Part shown: piece by piece, positions 11,109 through 21,117 of the stretch
How the letters are laid out: each line of letters begins with the position of its first letter
How positions within the stretch are numbered: the first letter of the stretch is position 1
Assembly (NCBI GenBank): GCA_965207455.1
Contig: CBDBMJ010000001.1
Location: 1,152,001-1,216,000, forward strand
Direction: 5' to 3'
From: Bdellovibrionota bacterium
Lineage (GTDB): Bacteria; Bdellovibrionota; UBA1018; CAIPTA01; JAALKR01
Length of the DNA: 64,000 nucleotides
The notes under the pieces: generated by a model
What the model was told of the DNA's origin: nothing
Databases searched by the model: none
The model's input: only the letters and a program-made list of their open reading frames with translations
Made by a program: the position numbers and the translations under genes

Positions 11109-12523
11109 TGGAAAAGAGTTTTCAAGCAGTAGTGATTGGAGCGGGACCGGGAGGTTATGTCTGTGCCATTAAACTTGCCCAATTGGGCATACAAACCGCA
11201 ATTATAGAACGGGACCAACTAGGGGGAGTTTGCTTAAACGTGGGTTGCATTCCATCCAAAGCTCTTATACAAGCCTCCTCTGTCTATGAGTCTATCCAAC
11301 ACAGCAGCCGTTTTGGATTTATGAACACAGACAAAGTAAAAATAGATTTTAAAAAGCTCCAAGAATGGAAAACTGGAGTTGTGAGTAAGCTCACCTCAGG
11401 TGTGGGTCAGTTACTCAAGGGAAATAAAGTAACCGTTGTCAAAGGGGAGGCTACGTTTCTATCCCCCACAGAATTAGAAGTACGTTCTCAGAGTGGAGTG
11501 GAAACAATCACGGCCCAGCACTTTATTATTGCCACAGGATCCAGCCCCATTGAGCTTCCACCTTTTCCTTTCGACGAGCAAAATATTCTATCCTCTACGG
11601 GCGGTCTCCTAGTGGATGCCCCCATTCAGTCCCTTCTCGTGGTGGGAGGAGGTTATATTGGTCTGGAGATTGGCACCTATTTAGCCAAGCTTGGCACCGA
11701 AGTAACCATTGTGGAAGCAGAAGATCGACTCCTATCCACCTACGACGAAGACGTTGCTAACGTTGTGATTAAAAATATAAAAAAACAAGGTGTAAAGGTA
11801 ATCACAAGTGCATTAGCAAAGTCGGTGAAAAAGAAAAAAAACCAACAGGAGGTGAGCCTAGAAATAGATGGAGAAATCCACACTCTTTCCGTAGAAAAAA
11901 TTCTTGTAACTGTGGGGCGCAAACCCAATCCCATGGCTGGAATAGAAAACACAGGCGTGAAAACAGAAAATGGATTTATCCCTGTGGACAGTCAATTGAG
12001 AACAAATATTCCCAATATTTACGCCATTGGCGATGTGGCAGGACAACCCATGCTTGCCCATAAAGCGTCTAAAGAAGCTCAAGTGGTGGCAGAAGTAATT
12101 GCCCAAAAACCAGGTGCCCTATACGACGTGCGCGCCATGCCTGCCGTAATTTTTTGCGACCCAGAAATTGCCACCGTAGGCATGAACGAAAGGGAAGCCA
12201 AAAGGGCTGGAATAGAAACCATGGTGGGTGTTTTTCCCTTTGCTGCTCTCGGAAAATCCATTGCTACCCAAGAAACAACAGGCTTTGCAAAAATTATTGG
12301 CAATAAAGCAACGGGACAAATGATTGGCGCTGCTATCGTCGGTCACAATGCTTCTGCACTGATTGGGGAATGTGCTCTTGGCTTAGAAGCTGGTCTACAG
12401 GTAGAGGATTTTGCCCTCACCGTACACGCCCACCCCACACTCTCCGAAGCCATAATGGAGGCAGCAGAAGTAGCCCTCGATCACCCTCTACATATTATGC
12501 CCAAACGAAGCAAAAAAACCTAA
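11108..12523 (+). CDS. lpdA: Dihydrolipoyl dehydrogenase
   Basis: GAGPGG, GGVCLNVGCIPSK, HAHPTLSE. Confidence 0.98.
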   Translation: MEKSFQAVVIGAGPGGYVCAIKLAQLGIQTAIIERDQLGGVCLNVGCIPSKALIQASSVYESIQHSSRFGFMNTDKVKIDFKKLQEWKTGVVSKLTSGVGQLLKGNKVTVVKGEATFLSPTELEVRSQSGVETITAQHFIIATGSSPIELPPFPFDEQNILSSTGGLLVDAPIQSLLVVGGGYIGLEIGTYLAKLGTEVTIVEAEDRLLSTYDEDVANVVIKNIKKQGVKVITSALAKSVKKKKNQQEVSLEIDGEIHTLSVEKILVTVGRKPNPMAGIENTGVKTENGFIPVDSQLRTNIPNIYAIGDVAGQPMLAHKASKEAQVVAEVIAQKPGALYDVRAMPAVIFCDPEIATVGMNEREAKRAGIETMVGVFPFAALGKSIATQETTGFAKIIGNKATGQMIGAAIVGHNASALIGECALGLEAGLQVEDFALTVHAHPTLSEAIMEAAEVALDHPLHIMPKRSKKT

Positions 12524-12526
12524 GCC

Positions 12527-13174
12527 ATGCATATTGAAACCTTGGGAACAGTCCCCTACCCAGCAGCTTGGAAACTACAACATCAATATGTGGAAGCTCG
12601 CGCAAACAACGAAATAGAGGATACCCTTCTCACCCTAGAACATCCCCATAGCATCACCATGGGACGAAAATCCCCTGAGTTTACAACACTGAAAGCCCAG
12701 GGTGCCACCAAGTGGAAAGAACTTTCCCTATTTATGGTGGAACGTGGAGGCATGACCACATACCACGGTCCCGGTCAAATTATTCTCTACCCAATCTTCC
12801 GACTTCCCGAAGGATCAGGCCCCAAGGCCTTTCTAAGGCTCTTGGAAAAAACAGTGATACAAACCCTAAAAACATTTAACCTCGACGGCTACGCCGTAAA
12901 AGATAAAACAGGTGTTTGGATCCAAGATAAACAAGGACGGGAAAGAAAAATCGCCTCCATGGGAATTGCAGTTCGAAAATCAGTGACCTACCATGGACTT
13001 GCACTCAATGTAACCACGGACACTCGCTACTTCCAAACAATCCAACCCTGCGGCTTTGAGCCCTCTGTAATGGTAACCATGGAAGAACTCTTGGAACAAA
13101 GCCCATCTCTTGTTGAAGTCACTCATCAGATGAGCACCACCCTATGCTCTTTATTTAAAGGACAGTGGTGGTGA
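12527..13174 (+). CDS. lipB: Lipoyl(octanoyl) transferase
   Basis: LEHP, RGGMTTYHGPGQ, KIASMG, HGLALNV, PCG. Confidence 0.95.
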   Translation: MHIETLGTVPYPAAWKLQHQYVEARANNEIEDTLLTLEHPHSITMGRKSPEFTTLKAQGATKWKELSLFMVERGGMTTYHGPGQIILYPIFRLPEGSGPKAFLRLLEKTVIQTLKTFNLDGYAVKDKTGVWIQDKQGRERKIASMGIAVRKSVTYHGLALNVTTDTRYFQTIQPCGFEPSVMVTMEELLEQSPSLVEVTHQMSTTLCSLFKGQWW

Positions 13175-13878
13175 AATTCTCTCCTCCTCTTATTCCCGGC
13201 ACTCTTCAGAAAAGGTGGAAGCGATTTCTTGCCGAAGTGGTGCTAAAGGACGGATCGTTAGTGACCGTACATTGTCCCAACCCGGGCAGTATGCGAGGAA
13301 ATGCCATACCCGGCTCCAAAGTTCTCCTCTTAGACACAGGTAAAGATCACCTTCAAAAAGGCAGAAAGCTCCGCTACCGATGGACTATTGCTCAAACCAA
13401 TGCAAACCCCGTTTGCATCGACACCTCCATTAGTAACCACGTTGTCCAAAAAGCACTGATGGAAAAAAAAATTCCAGAACTGAGCCACTACACCAACATA
13501 GAAGCCGAATACTCCATTGGAAACTCACGCCTAGATTTCCTACTACACACCAACCACAAATCCCCATGCTTTCTAGAAGTGAAAAGCGTGAGCATGGTGG
13601 AAAATGGAATTGCCTATTTCCCGGACAGTGTTACCAAGCGAGGACAAAAACACCTTATGGAACTCATGGAACTCAAACACCAAGGCCACCGAAGCGTGAT
13701 ATTTTTTCTCGTCCAATGCTCTGGACTACAAACCATGCGTCCAGCCGACCATATCGACCCAGTCTATGGCAAAACACTGAGAGCCGCTGCCAACCTGGGA
13801 GTAGAAATCCTAGCCTACGATATTAAAGTCCAATCCCAAGAGATACAATGGGGCAAGAGGATTACAGTGGAGTTATAA
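13165..13878 (+). CDS. sfsA: DNA/RNA nuclease SfsA
   Basis: KRFLA, HCPNPGSM, SRLDF, EVKSV, FPDSVTKRGQKHL. Confidence 0.95.
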   Translation: MVVKFSPPLIPGTLQKRWKRFLAEVVLKDGSLVTVHCPNPGSMRGNAIPGSKVLLLDTGKDHLQKGRKLRYRWTIAQTNANPVCIDTSISNHVVQKALMEKKIPELSHYTNIEAEYSIGNSRLDFLLHTNHKSPCFLEVKSVSMVENGIAYFPDSVTKRGQKHLMELMELKHQGHRSVIFFLVQCSGLQTMRPADHIDPVYGKTLRAAANLGVEILAYDIKVQSQEIQWGKRITVEL

Positions 13879-14206
13879 AAATTGCCTTACAAGGAATTAT
13901 TGTTCTTACGAATAATAGCCCTTCTAGAAATAATAGCAACAGAAAAAGGGGTTGTCGGTTTTAATGTATCCCAACTACTTTCTTGCTTTTTGTCCTCTAG
14001 TGTAGTGGAAGCACCCATTGACTCACAAAAAAATCTCCCGAAAGGCCGTATTTTAAATAAGTTATAGATCGACCGTACCATAATGCAGTCCTAAGAAAAT
14101 ACCGCTAAAAAAATTAACAATATATTTATTAGTAATACTGGAACTCTATAGTAAGAGTGCCAAGCCATATAAAGCTATATTCTTTAAAGGTTTTAGCGGC
14201 CCTTTT

Positions 14207-14252
14207 TTGTGCCCTCCTCCTGAACTGTTCGGAAATTCCGAACAGTTGAACT
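14207..14252. repeat. 46-bp exact intergenic copy of rhuM internal sequence (15212-15257), including a 25-bp palindrome
   Basis: ttgtgccctcctcctgaactgttcggaaattccgaacagttgaact at both loci. Confidence 0.95.
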
Positions 14253-14278
14253 AAGGAAGCTTGCTTTTGTCCGCCACT

Positions 14279-14343
14279 ACACCAAGACCACCGAAGCATG
14301 ATATTTTTTCTCGTCCAATGCTCTGGACTACAAACCATGCGTC
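14279..14343 (+). repeat. 65-bp intergenic copy of sfsA internal sequence (13677-13741)
   Basis: Direct comparison; two mismatches. Confidence 0.95.
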
Positions 14344-14432
14344 GTATATCATCAGGAATACTTAAAGCAATTTTTCAACTGTATAAGGGTCTAAATTTCT
14401 AATACTTTCAATTGAAAGAACATATTGTGATG

Positions 14433-15458
14433 TCATGACTTCTCACTCTTTAGGATTTTTTTCATTTCTTTTTCAAAATCGGACTCAATTTCTTGAGTTT
14501 TATTAAACTCCTTATATTCATTTATAGCCTTATCATTTGCTTTTTTCCTAGAAATAGCACTCTTGCCATGCAATATCTTGTATTCATTAAAATTTAAAAA
14601 TTTATCCACACTGCCAGCAAGATTCTCCATGGTAAAGGTTTGACGGTTTTCAATAATATTTTCTATATAATCAAAAAAACCAGAAACGGTCCTCTCCAAT
14701 TTTCTGATCTCTTCTTCTTCTAAGTAGTTCTTTGCTACAGTTACATCACTGGACAAAACTCTTCCCTTGGGCGCATTTTTCCAAGTGGAGAGCCCCATAT
14801 GGGGCTGTCTATGATCAGTCTTATCATAAACAATCTCTGCAGCTGTTTTGCCAGTCATGGCAAAATGAAATTTATTCTGTACCATCGCATAGAAGTTTTT
14901 TGTGATTTCTGAACTGGGATTGTAGTCGATACTACACTCAGCAAAAATATCAGTAATCTGTAAATAAACTCTCCGCTCACTTGCCCTGATGGAACGAACT
15001 TTTTCCAGCAATTCTTGAAAGTAGTCTTTGCCAAAAACTTGCGAACCCTGTTTAAGACGTTCATCATCCACCACAAATCCCTTGATAATATATTCCTTAA
15101 GGATTTTAGTGGCCCATATTCGAAACTGAATGGCTCTCTTAGAATTGACACGATAGCCTACGGCAATAATGGCATCGAGATCATAGTACTCTAAGAGGCG
15201 CTTCACATTTCTTGTGCCCTCCTCCTGAACTGTTCGGAAATTCCGAACAGTTGAACTTCGCTCTAACTCGTTGGAATCATAGATATTTTTCAAATGCTCA
15301 CTAATAGTCGTTTTGGATACATGAAACAATTCAGCAATGAGCTTCTGCGTCAGCCACAGTGTTTCATTTTGCAGAAAAACCTGCAATTTAACCTCATCAT
15401 CGGGAGTTGTATAGAAAAGAAAATTTTTGCTTATTGAGATGTCTTGTTCGCTACCCAT
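14433..15458 (-). CDS. rhuM: RhuM-family (virulence RhuM / DNA-binding) protein
   Basis: ETLWLTQKLIAELF, ISEHLKNIY, YDLDAIIAVGYRVNSKRA, GFVVDDERLK, IRASERR, VQNKFHFA. Confidence 0.92.
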   Translation of the reverse strand: MGSEQDISISKNFLFYTTPDDEVKLQVFLQNETLWLTQKLIAELFHVSKTTISEHLKNIYDSNELERSSTVRNFRTVQEEGTRNVKRLLEYYDLDAIIAVGYRVNSKRAIQFRIWATKILKEYIIKGFVVDDERLKQGSQVFGKDYFQELLEKVRSIRASERRVYLQITDIFAECSIDYNPSSEITKNFYAMVQNKFHFAMTGKTAAEIVYDKTDHRQPHMGLSTWKNAPKGRVLSSDVTVAKNYLEEEEIRKLERTVSGFFDYIENIIENRQTFTMENLAGSVDKFLNFNEYKILHGKSAISRKKANDKAINEYKEFNKTQEIESDFEKEMKKILKSEKS

Positions 15459-15473
15459 GCCCACTCCTTTGTC

Positions 15474-16760
15474 CTATGGAAAAACCCCTCGCAAAAGCAT
15501 GGCTTGCTCTAAGCGAGATACGGCTCGTACTAGAGCGGCTGCCCTCATGTCGCATTCATACTTTTCTGCCGTTTCATAGACCTCATGAAATGCCTTGGTG
15601 ATTAAATGCTCTAGTCGTTGGTTCACTTGATCCTCGCTCCAAAAAAAACTTTGAAGATCCTGAACCCATTCAAAATAACTCACCATCACACCACCCGCGT
15701 TGGCAAGAATATCGGGAATTACAAGAACTCCTTTTTTTATGAGAACCTCATGGGCCTCCAATGTAACAGGACCGTTGGCACCCTCTCCAATAATAGAAGC
15801 CTTTACCTTGTCGGCATTTTTCATCGTCAATACACCATCCAAAGCACAGGGAAGTAAAATATCTAAATCCAATAAAAGAAGCTCCTTGTTGGATATGGCG
15901 TCCGCATCCGGATAACCTTTTAAAGACTTGTTTGTAGCGACATAATCAGCACAACTTAAAATATCCAAACCACTCTCTTTATAAATACCACCATCCACAT
16001 CACTAACTGCCACAACTCTACAACCTAGTTTTGCCATTTCACGAGCTGCCACTAGACCAACTTTACCAAAACCCTGGACTGCCACCGTGGTATCCCTAGA
16101 AGCAGGAATATTCTTTTTCTTCATTCCCTCCACAACACAAAATACTAAACCCCGTCCCGTGCTTTCCTCTCGTCCCAAAGAACCCCCGATAACCAAGGGT
16201 TTGCCCGTAACCACGCCCGGAATAGCATAGCCACGATTCTGAGAGTAAGTATCCATCATCCAAGCCATAATTTGAGCATCGGTGCCCACATCAGGAGCAG
16301 GAATATCCTCATTAGGACCAATCACCTTATTAATTTCTGTAGCAAACCTCCGGGTAAGCGCCTGCTTTTCCACACGAGAAAGATAGGAAGGATTTACCCT
16401 CACACCACCCTTTGCTCCCCCAAGAGGTAAACTCACTAAAGAACATTTCATCGTCATTAACATCGCAAGACCAGCCATTTCCGAAAGAGTTACATCTTGA
16501 TGAAAACGAATCCCACCCTTGGAAGGACCCAAGGTCATATTATGCTGTACTCGAAAACCCTCAAACGTATGTATAAAACCATTGTCCAAACGAATGGGAA
16601 TACTCACCACCAAGGCACGCTTTGGAACTTTTAGGCGCTCGCCCACATTGCGATCTAAATCCGCAATCGCAATAGCACGGTCTAACTGATCCACCGCATT
16701 TTTATACAGATCACTGCCAGCCCAAATGCTAGTATCACCTTTTTTAGTAGTTTTAGACAT
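15474..16760 (-). CDS. gdhA: Glu/Leu/Phe/Val family (glutamate) dehydrogenase
   Basis: GPSKGGIRF, GGAKGG, DIPAPDVGT, TGKP, QGFGKVG, PDILANAGG. Confidence 0.95.
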   Translation of the reverse strand: MSKTTKKGDTSIWAGSDLYKNAVDQLDRAIAIADLDRNVGERLKVPKRALVVSIPIRLDNGFIHTFEGFRVQHNMTLGPSKGGIRFHQDVTLSEMAGLAMLMTMKCSLVSLPLGGAKGGVRVNPSYLSRVEKQALTRRFATEINKVIGPNEDIPAPDVGTDAQIMAWMMDTYSQNRGYAIPGVVTGKPLVIGGSLGREESTGRGLVFCVVEGMKKKNIPASRDTTVAVQGFGKVGLVAAREMAKLGCRVVAVSDVDGGIYKESGLDILSCADYVATNKSLKGYPDADAISNKELLLLDLDILLPCALDGVLTMKNADKVKASIIGEGANGPVTLEAHEVLIKKGVLVIPDILANAGGVMVSYFEWVQDLQSFFWSEDQVNQRLEHLITKAFHEVYETAEKYECDMRAAALVRAVSRLEQAMLLRGVFP

Positions 16761-16787
16761 ATAAATAATACCTCAACAAATACCTTA

Positions 16788-17735
16788 TTACGCTTTTTGC
16801 GCCTCTAAAAACCGTTCCGCATCTAGTGCTGCCATACAACCAGAACCAGCGGCTGTTACGGCCTGTCGATACTCATGATCCTGAGCATCTCCTGCAACAA
16901 AAAAACCCTCCACCTTTGTTTTCGTATGGTGAATAGTTTTAATATAACCCAAATCATCCATATCTACAAAATCCTTAAATAAGGACGTATTGGGCTGATG
17001 ACCAATACCGTAGAAAAGACCCGTTACAAGCAAATCACTAACCTCATTTGTTTTAAGATTTTTAACCTTTATGTGCTCTAACTGGGTTTTTCCCTCCAAC
17101 TTTTCCACCGATGAATCCCAAAGAAACTTTATTTTATCATTCTTTCTCAAACGGTGTTGCATGGCCATGGATGCGCGTAACTTGTCCCGTCGATGAATAA
17201 TGGTCACAGAGCTTGCAAATTTTGTGAGAAAACTGGCCTCCTCAGCCGCAGTATCTCCACCACCCACAACTGCCACATCCTGATCACGAAAGAAAAAACC
17301 GTCACAAGTTGCACAGGCCGAAACCCCTCGTCCCATTAACTCGGACTCCCTATCCAAACCCAATAATTTTGCAGTAGCTCCAGTGGCACAAATCAAAGAC
17401 TCCCCACGAAGGGTCTTGCCACTGCCCGTCTCTATAAGAAAAGGACGCTGCCCAAGGTCCACCCTCACAACTTCGTCCTGAATAAAACGGGTGCCAAAAC
17501 GCTCAGCCTGCTTCGTAAAACGCTCCATCATGTCCGGCCCCATCAAACCATCAGGAAAACCAGGGTAATTCTCCACATCAGTAGTAGTAGTGAGCTGCCC
17601 CCCAGGCTGAGACCCATGCACAAGCAGGGGCGCTAGGTCTGCCCTTGCCGCATAAATAGCCGCAGTAAGACCCGCTGGCCCAGAACCCAAAATAATCAAT
17701 TTCTCAGTTTTTGAATCTTCTTTAATCATATCCAT
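16788..17735 (-). CDS. trxB: Thioredoxin-disulfide reductase
   Basis: GSGPAG, GGQLTTTTDVENYPG, CATCDG, GGGDTA, RQAVTAAG. Confidence 0.98.
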   Translation of the reverse strand: MDMIKEDSKTEKLIILGSGPAGLTAAIYAARADLAPLLVHGSQPGGQLTTTTDVENYPGFPDGLMGPDMMERFTKQAERFGTRFIQDEVVRVDLGQRPFLIETGSGKTLRGESLICATGATAKLLGLDRESELMGRGVSACATCDGFFFRDQDVAVVGGGDTAAEEASFLTKFASSVTIIHRRDKLRASMAMQHRLRKNDKIKFLWDSSVEKLEGKTQLEHIKVKNLKTNEVSDLLVTGLFYGIGHQPNTSLFKDFVDMDDLGYIKTIHHTKTKVEGFFVAGDAQDHEYRQAVTAAGSGCMAALDAERFLEAQKA

Positions 17736-17856
17736 TCTCGTACACCTAAGAAAATTCCTAAGCAAGTAGAAAAGAAGGTTTTTGAAATTACGCGAAGCAT
17801 CTATTTGTGAGCCGCTACAATTATTGGATATCTAATAATTCCCTCTATATAAATTT

Positions 17857-20800
17857 TCACAGTGCTTCTAATAATCTTTTTACTTTTCTTCCCACTCTCT
17901 TTACTGCCAACCCTTTTTGTTTTTTTCTTGCTGCTGATTTCTCTATTTTTTCTATTGCTAATTCCCCAGCCCTTTTTATTGCCTCTTTTTCATTAAGAAC
18001 ACAACCGCACTTAATTTTATCTTTTAAAGACTCTACTTTGGTTCCTGTTTCCAAAATAATAGCAATCATATCTGTTGGAGTGAAAGATGGATCGACAGAT
18101 TTCACTTTAGCAGCAACTCTAGTCACCTGAGGTGCTGCGAATGAGGTTCCAGACGCATGACCACTAGTATTTTCAGGTTTAAAAGAAAGTATATCTTCAC
18201 CAGGAGCTGCAATATCAACATGAGTTTTGCTAAAATTTGAAAAGTCTGAAAGATTATTATTTCCATCAACTGATGCTACACTAAGTATATTTGGAGAATC
18301 ATTGGCTGCTGGGTAAACTGGGGTCTCATCCAAATTATTACCACTGTTTCCTGCAGCAACAACAAAAAGCATATTAGGAAAAGCTCGTACCGCATAACTT
18401 AGATTTTCTATAATCTTATATAAGAATGGAATAGAACTCCCCATACTTATATTGATAATCCTTGAACCTCTTCCATAGGCCAACACAACCGCATCATAAG
18501 CTTCAGCAAATGAGATCCTTATGGGAAGTATTTCGATATAATCACTTCCTTTAGATACTACCCCAGCAACCTGAGTACCATGATAGAAAGGTTCATCAAA
18601 TATCCTGAAAAATTTTTGTAGTTTTTCGTTGAAATATTTTTTATTATTATAGTCATAGGGCTCAGCATCTCCGTCAGCATAGTCCCAGCCAATATCAATG
18701 TTTTTATATCTTCTATAAATATCAGCGAGTTCAGATTCATATTCAGCCCTACTCCATAACCTTTGAATGGGATTCAAGGATTCAAACGTATTGACTAGTT
18801 TTTGTGCTTCAGCTTCAAGTCTTACTTTCTCTATTTTGCGAGTCTCTTTATCTAATTTATTAACAGACATTTTATTAATTTTGTAAGCAATACCTCTATC
18901 ATTATAACTTATACCCATATCAAATATCGTGACCAATGTGCGATCAATTTTTTTAAGTTTTTCAAATAACTTAATAAGCAATTTAGGATGTGTACAATCA
19001 GCATAAATTTCTTCTAACGATAGCACCTCTTTGTTCACATATACAGTTCGAGTAATATTGCCATTTGAGTTAAACCATTTACGAGATTTTTGCCTTTCGC
19101 CATCGTACTCCCTAAGCTCACCTTTTATCAAATTACAACGAGAGTCAAACCAAGTTTTATTCAATATATTATGATCAAGAAGGAAGAATTGTCTTTCTGT
19201 ATGATTAACCTGCACATAAGATTTCCCTGAATTAAGATTCGCCATAATGTCAATGCTTGAAGGAGGAGGATATTTAGTCCACAGACGAAAATATCTACTA
19301 AGCCCGCTACCACCAGCAGTCAAAGTTACTTCTTTTCCTAATAATCTTTTTGCTTCTTTTCTAATTTTGTTTATATTTAAAGTAAATCCAGGGCCTAAAA
19401 CCTCGGGCTTCATTATATTTTTACATAAGATTTCTTTTCCTGCTTCATGATACTTATACCAAGGTCCAAAGATTTTTTTCAATGCGACAGTATCTCGTTG
19501 GGCCTCTTCCTTTAAATATTTTTGATAATCAGGTTCGTTATCAAGGTCTTTTGAAATAAGCCCGATAAAGGCCTCTGCCGGCTCAAAAGCAGAAAACCAA
19601 AGTGATTGTGCGTATCTTCTTGACTCATAAGACTCCACCTCAGCTATATCTTTACTATGAATACCTACACTAAGCACATCTTCAAAACTTCTAACAAATT
19701 TTGTTTTCTCCAATGCTATTTTAAGTTTTTTAAGACCCTCAAGAAATATATCATCCTCTACAGGAAAATCAGCTCTTTCAAAAAATCTACTCCGTTCATA
19801 ACCGTGTTTCTCTCTCAGTTCCTGCATAATTTCTGAAGTTAGTTTTCCTATGGCTTTTTTTAACATGATAGTTTTTTGTCTGCTCTTCGCAGCAGATTTT
19901 TTATCAGGTTTACCCTCTAGGTATTTTTGATAGGCAGGTTCATTATCAGGATCTGCTGAAATGAACTCGATAAAAGCTTCTGGTGGCTCTAATGTAGAAA
20001 AACCAAAGCTTTCATTCCCAAGCCAATAACGCACCGTGGGCATTTCCCCATTAAGAACATAGAGCTCAAGCACATTTTTAAAACTTCTAATAAACCTTGT
20101 TTTCTCTAGTGCTATTTTAAATTTCTTAAGAGTCTCAAAATACTTATGATCTCCTACATTAGGAGAACCTCCTTTTCTTAAAAAACCTGAGTATTTATAA
20201 CCATGCTTCTCTAGTATCTGATTGATCTCTAACGCCAGATCTGTTATAGCTTTTTTTAATGCAAGAACCTTTTGGCTAATGTTTGCAACAGCTCTTTCAC
20301 CGGGGTTATCCTCTAGATACTTTTGATAAACAGGTTCGTTATCAAGGTCTTCTGAAATAAGCTCGATAAAGATTTCTTCTCGCCCTAATACAGAAAATGA
20401 TAAATCGTCATACCTTACAGTATAATCTGCTTTAAGTATTTCTTCATTATAAAAATATAGTTGACCCACATATTTAAAATTTCTAATAAATTTTGTTTTC
20501 TCCAATGCTCTTTTAAATTTTTTAAGGCTTGTAAAAAGAATACTGTTTTTTACATCAGAAGAATTATCGCTACTTGAAAATCCATTCTGTCGGTAATCAT
20601 GTTTCTCTAGCATCTGTTCGATCTCTAGCTTTATATCTGCTATAGCTTTTTTCAATTTAATATCTTCTTGCCTAGCAATTGCGAGCTCTGGGTAATCCTT
20701 TAAGTACTTTTGATAGGCAGGTTCATTATCAGGATCTGCTGAAATGAGTTCAATAAAAGATTCTTCTTTCCCTAATGCAGGAAAAAAGAAATCTGATTCT

Positions 20801-21117
20801 TTGTAGCTCCTCGTATTATAAACTATTTTGTCGGTTAGTGGGAGATCTTCTTCCATATTATGAATGCTTAAAGAACGCACACCTTTAAAATTTCTAACAA
20901 GCTTTGTTTTCTCCAGTGCTCTTTTAAATTTTTTAAGACCTTCAATAAACATATCATTGCTTATGTTTTTATGATTTGAAAAATAATCCCATCCTTCATA
21001 ACCATGCTTTTCTTTCAATTCTTGCACAATTTCTGACTCTAATTCTCTTATAGTTTCATTAAAAGACAGGGCAAGCAGGAAGAATGTGGTTATTAAGATT
21101 GCAAAAGCACGAATCAT
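17857..21117 (-). CDS. Large secreted S8 (subtilisin-like) peptidase with four N-terminal ~130-aa repeats
   Basis: Signal peptide; triad motifs FDMG, HGTQVAG, GTSFAAP; oxyanion AAGNSG. Confidence 0.9.
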   Translation of the reverse strand: MIRAFAILITTFFLLALSFNETIRELESEIVQELKEKHGYEGWDYFSNHKNISNDMFIEGLKKFKRALEKTKLVRNFKGVRSLSIHNMEEDLPLTDKIVYNTRSYKESDFFFPALGKEESFIELISADPDNEPAYQKYLKDYPELAIARQEDIKLKKAIADIKLEIEQMLEKHDYRQNGFSSSDNSSDVKNSILFTSLKKFKRALEKTKFIRNFKYVGQLYFYNEEILKADYTVRYDDLSFSVLGREEIFIELISEDLDNEPVYQKYLEDNPGERAVANISQKVLALKKAITDLALEINQILEKHGYKYSGFLRKGGSPNVGDHKYFETLKKFKIALEKTRFIRSFKNVLELYVLNGEMPTVRYWLGNESFGFSTLEPPEAFIEFISADPDNEPAYQKYLEGKPDKKSAAKSRQKTIMLKKAIGKLTSEIMQELREKHGYERSRFFERADFPVEDDIFLEGLKKLKIALEKTKFVRSFEDVLSVGIHSKDIAEVESYESRRYAQSLWFSAFEPAEAFIGLISKDLDNEPDYQKYLKEEAQRDTVALKKIFGPWYKYHEAGKEILCKNIMKPEVLGPGFTLNINKIRKEAKRLLGKEVTLTAGGSGLSRYFRLWTKYPPPSSIDIMANLNSGKSYVQVNHTERQFFLLDHNILNKTWFDSRCNLIKGELREYDGERQKSRKWFNSNGNITRTVYVNKEVLSLEEIYADCTHPKLLIKLFEKLKKIDRTLVTIFDMGISYNDRGIAYKINKMSVNKLDKETRKIEKVRLEAEAQKLVNTFESLNPIQRLWSRAEYESELADIYRRYKNIDIGWDYADGDAEPYDYNNKKYFNEKLQKFFRIFDEPFYHGTQVAGVVSKGSDYIEILPIRISFAEAYDAVVLAYGRGSRIINISMGSSIPFLYKIIENLSYAVRAFPNMLFVVAAGNSGNNLDETPVYPAANDSPNILSVASVDGNNNLSDFSNFSKTHVDIAAPGEDILSFKPENTSGHASGTSFAAPQVTRVAAKVKSVDPSFTPTDMIAIILETGTKVESLKDKIKCGCVLNEKEAIKRAGELAIEKIEKSAARKKQKGLAVKRVGRKVKRLLEAL

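Noticed and set aside
9019..13174. lipA-E2-lpdA-lipB cluster without E1 genes
   Set aside because: Split 2-oxoacid dehydrogenase loci are common; E1 genes are likely elsewhere.
13887..14081. 64-aa minus ORF in the sfsA-rhuM gap
   Set aside because: Short, no recognisable motif; cannot be supported as a gene.
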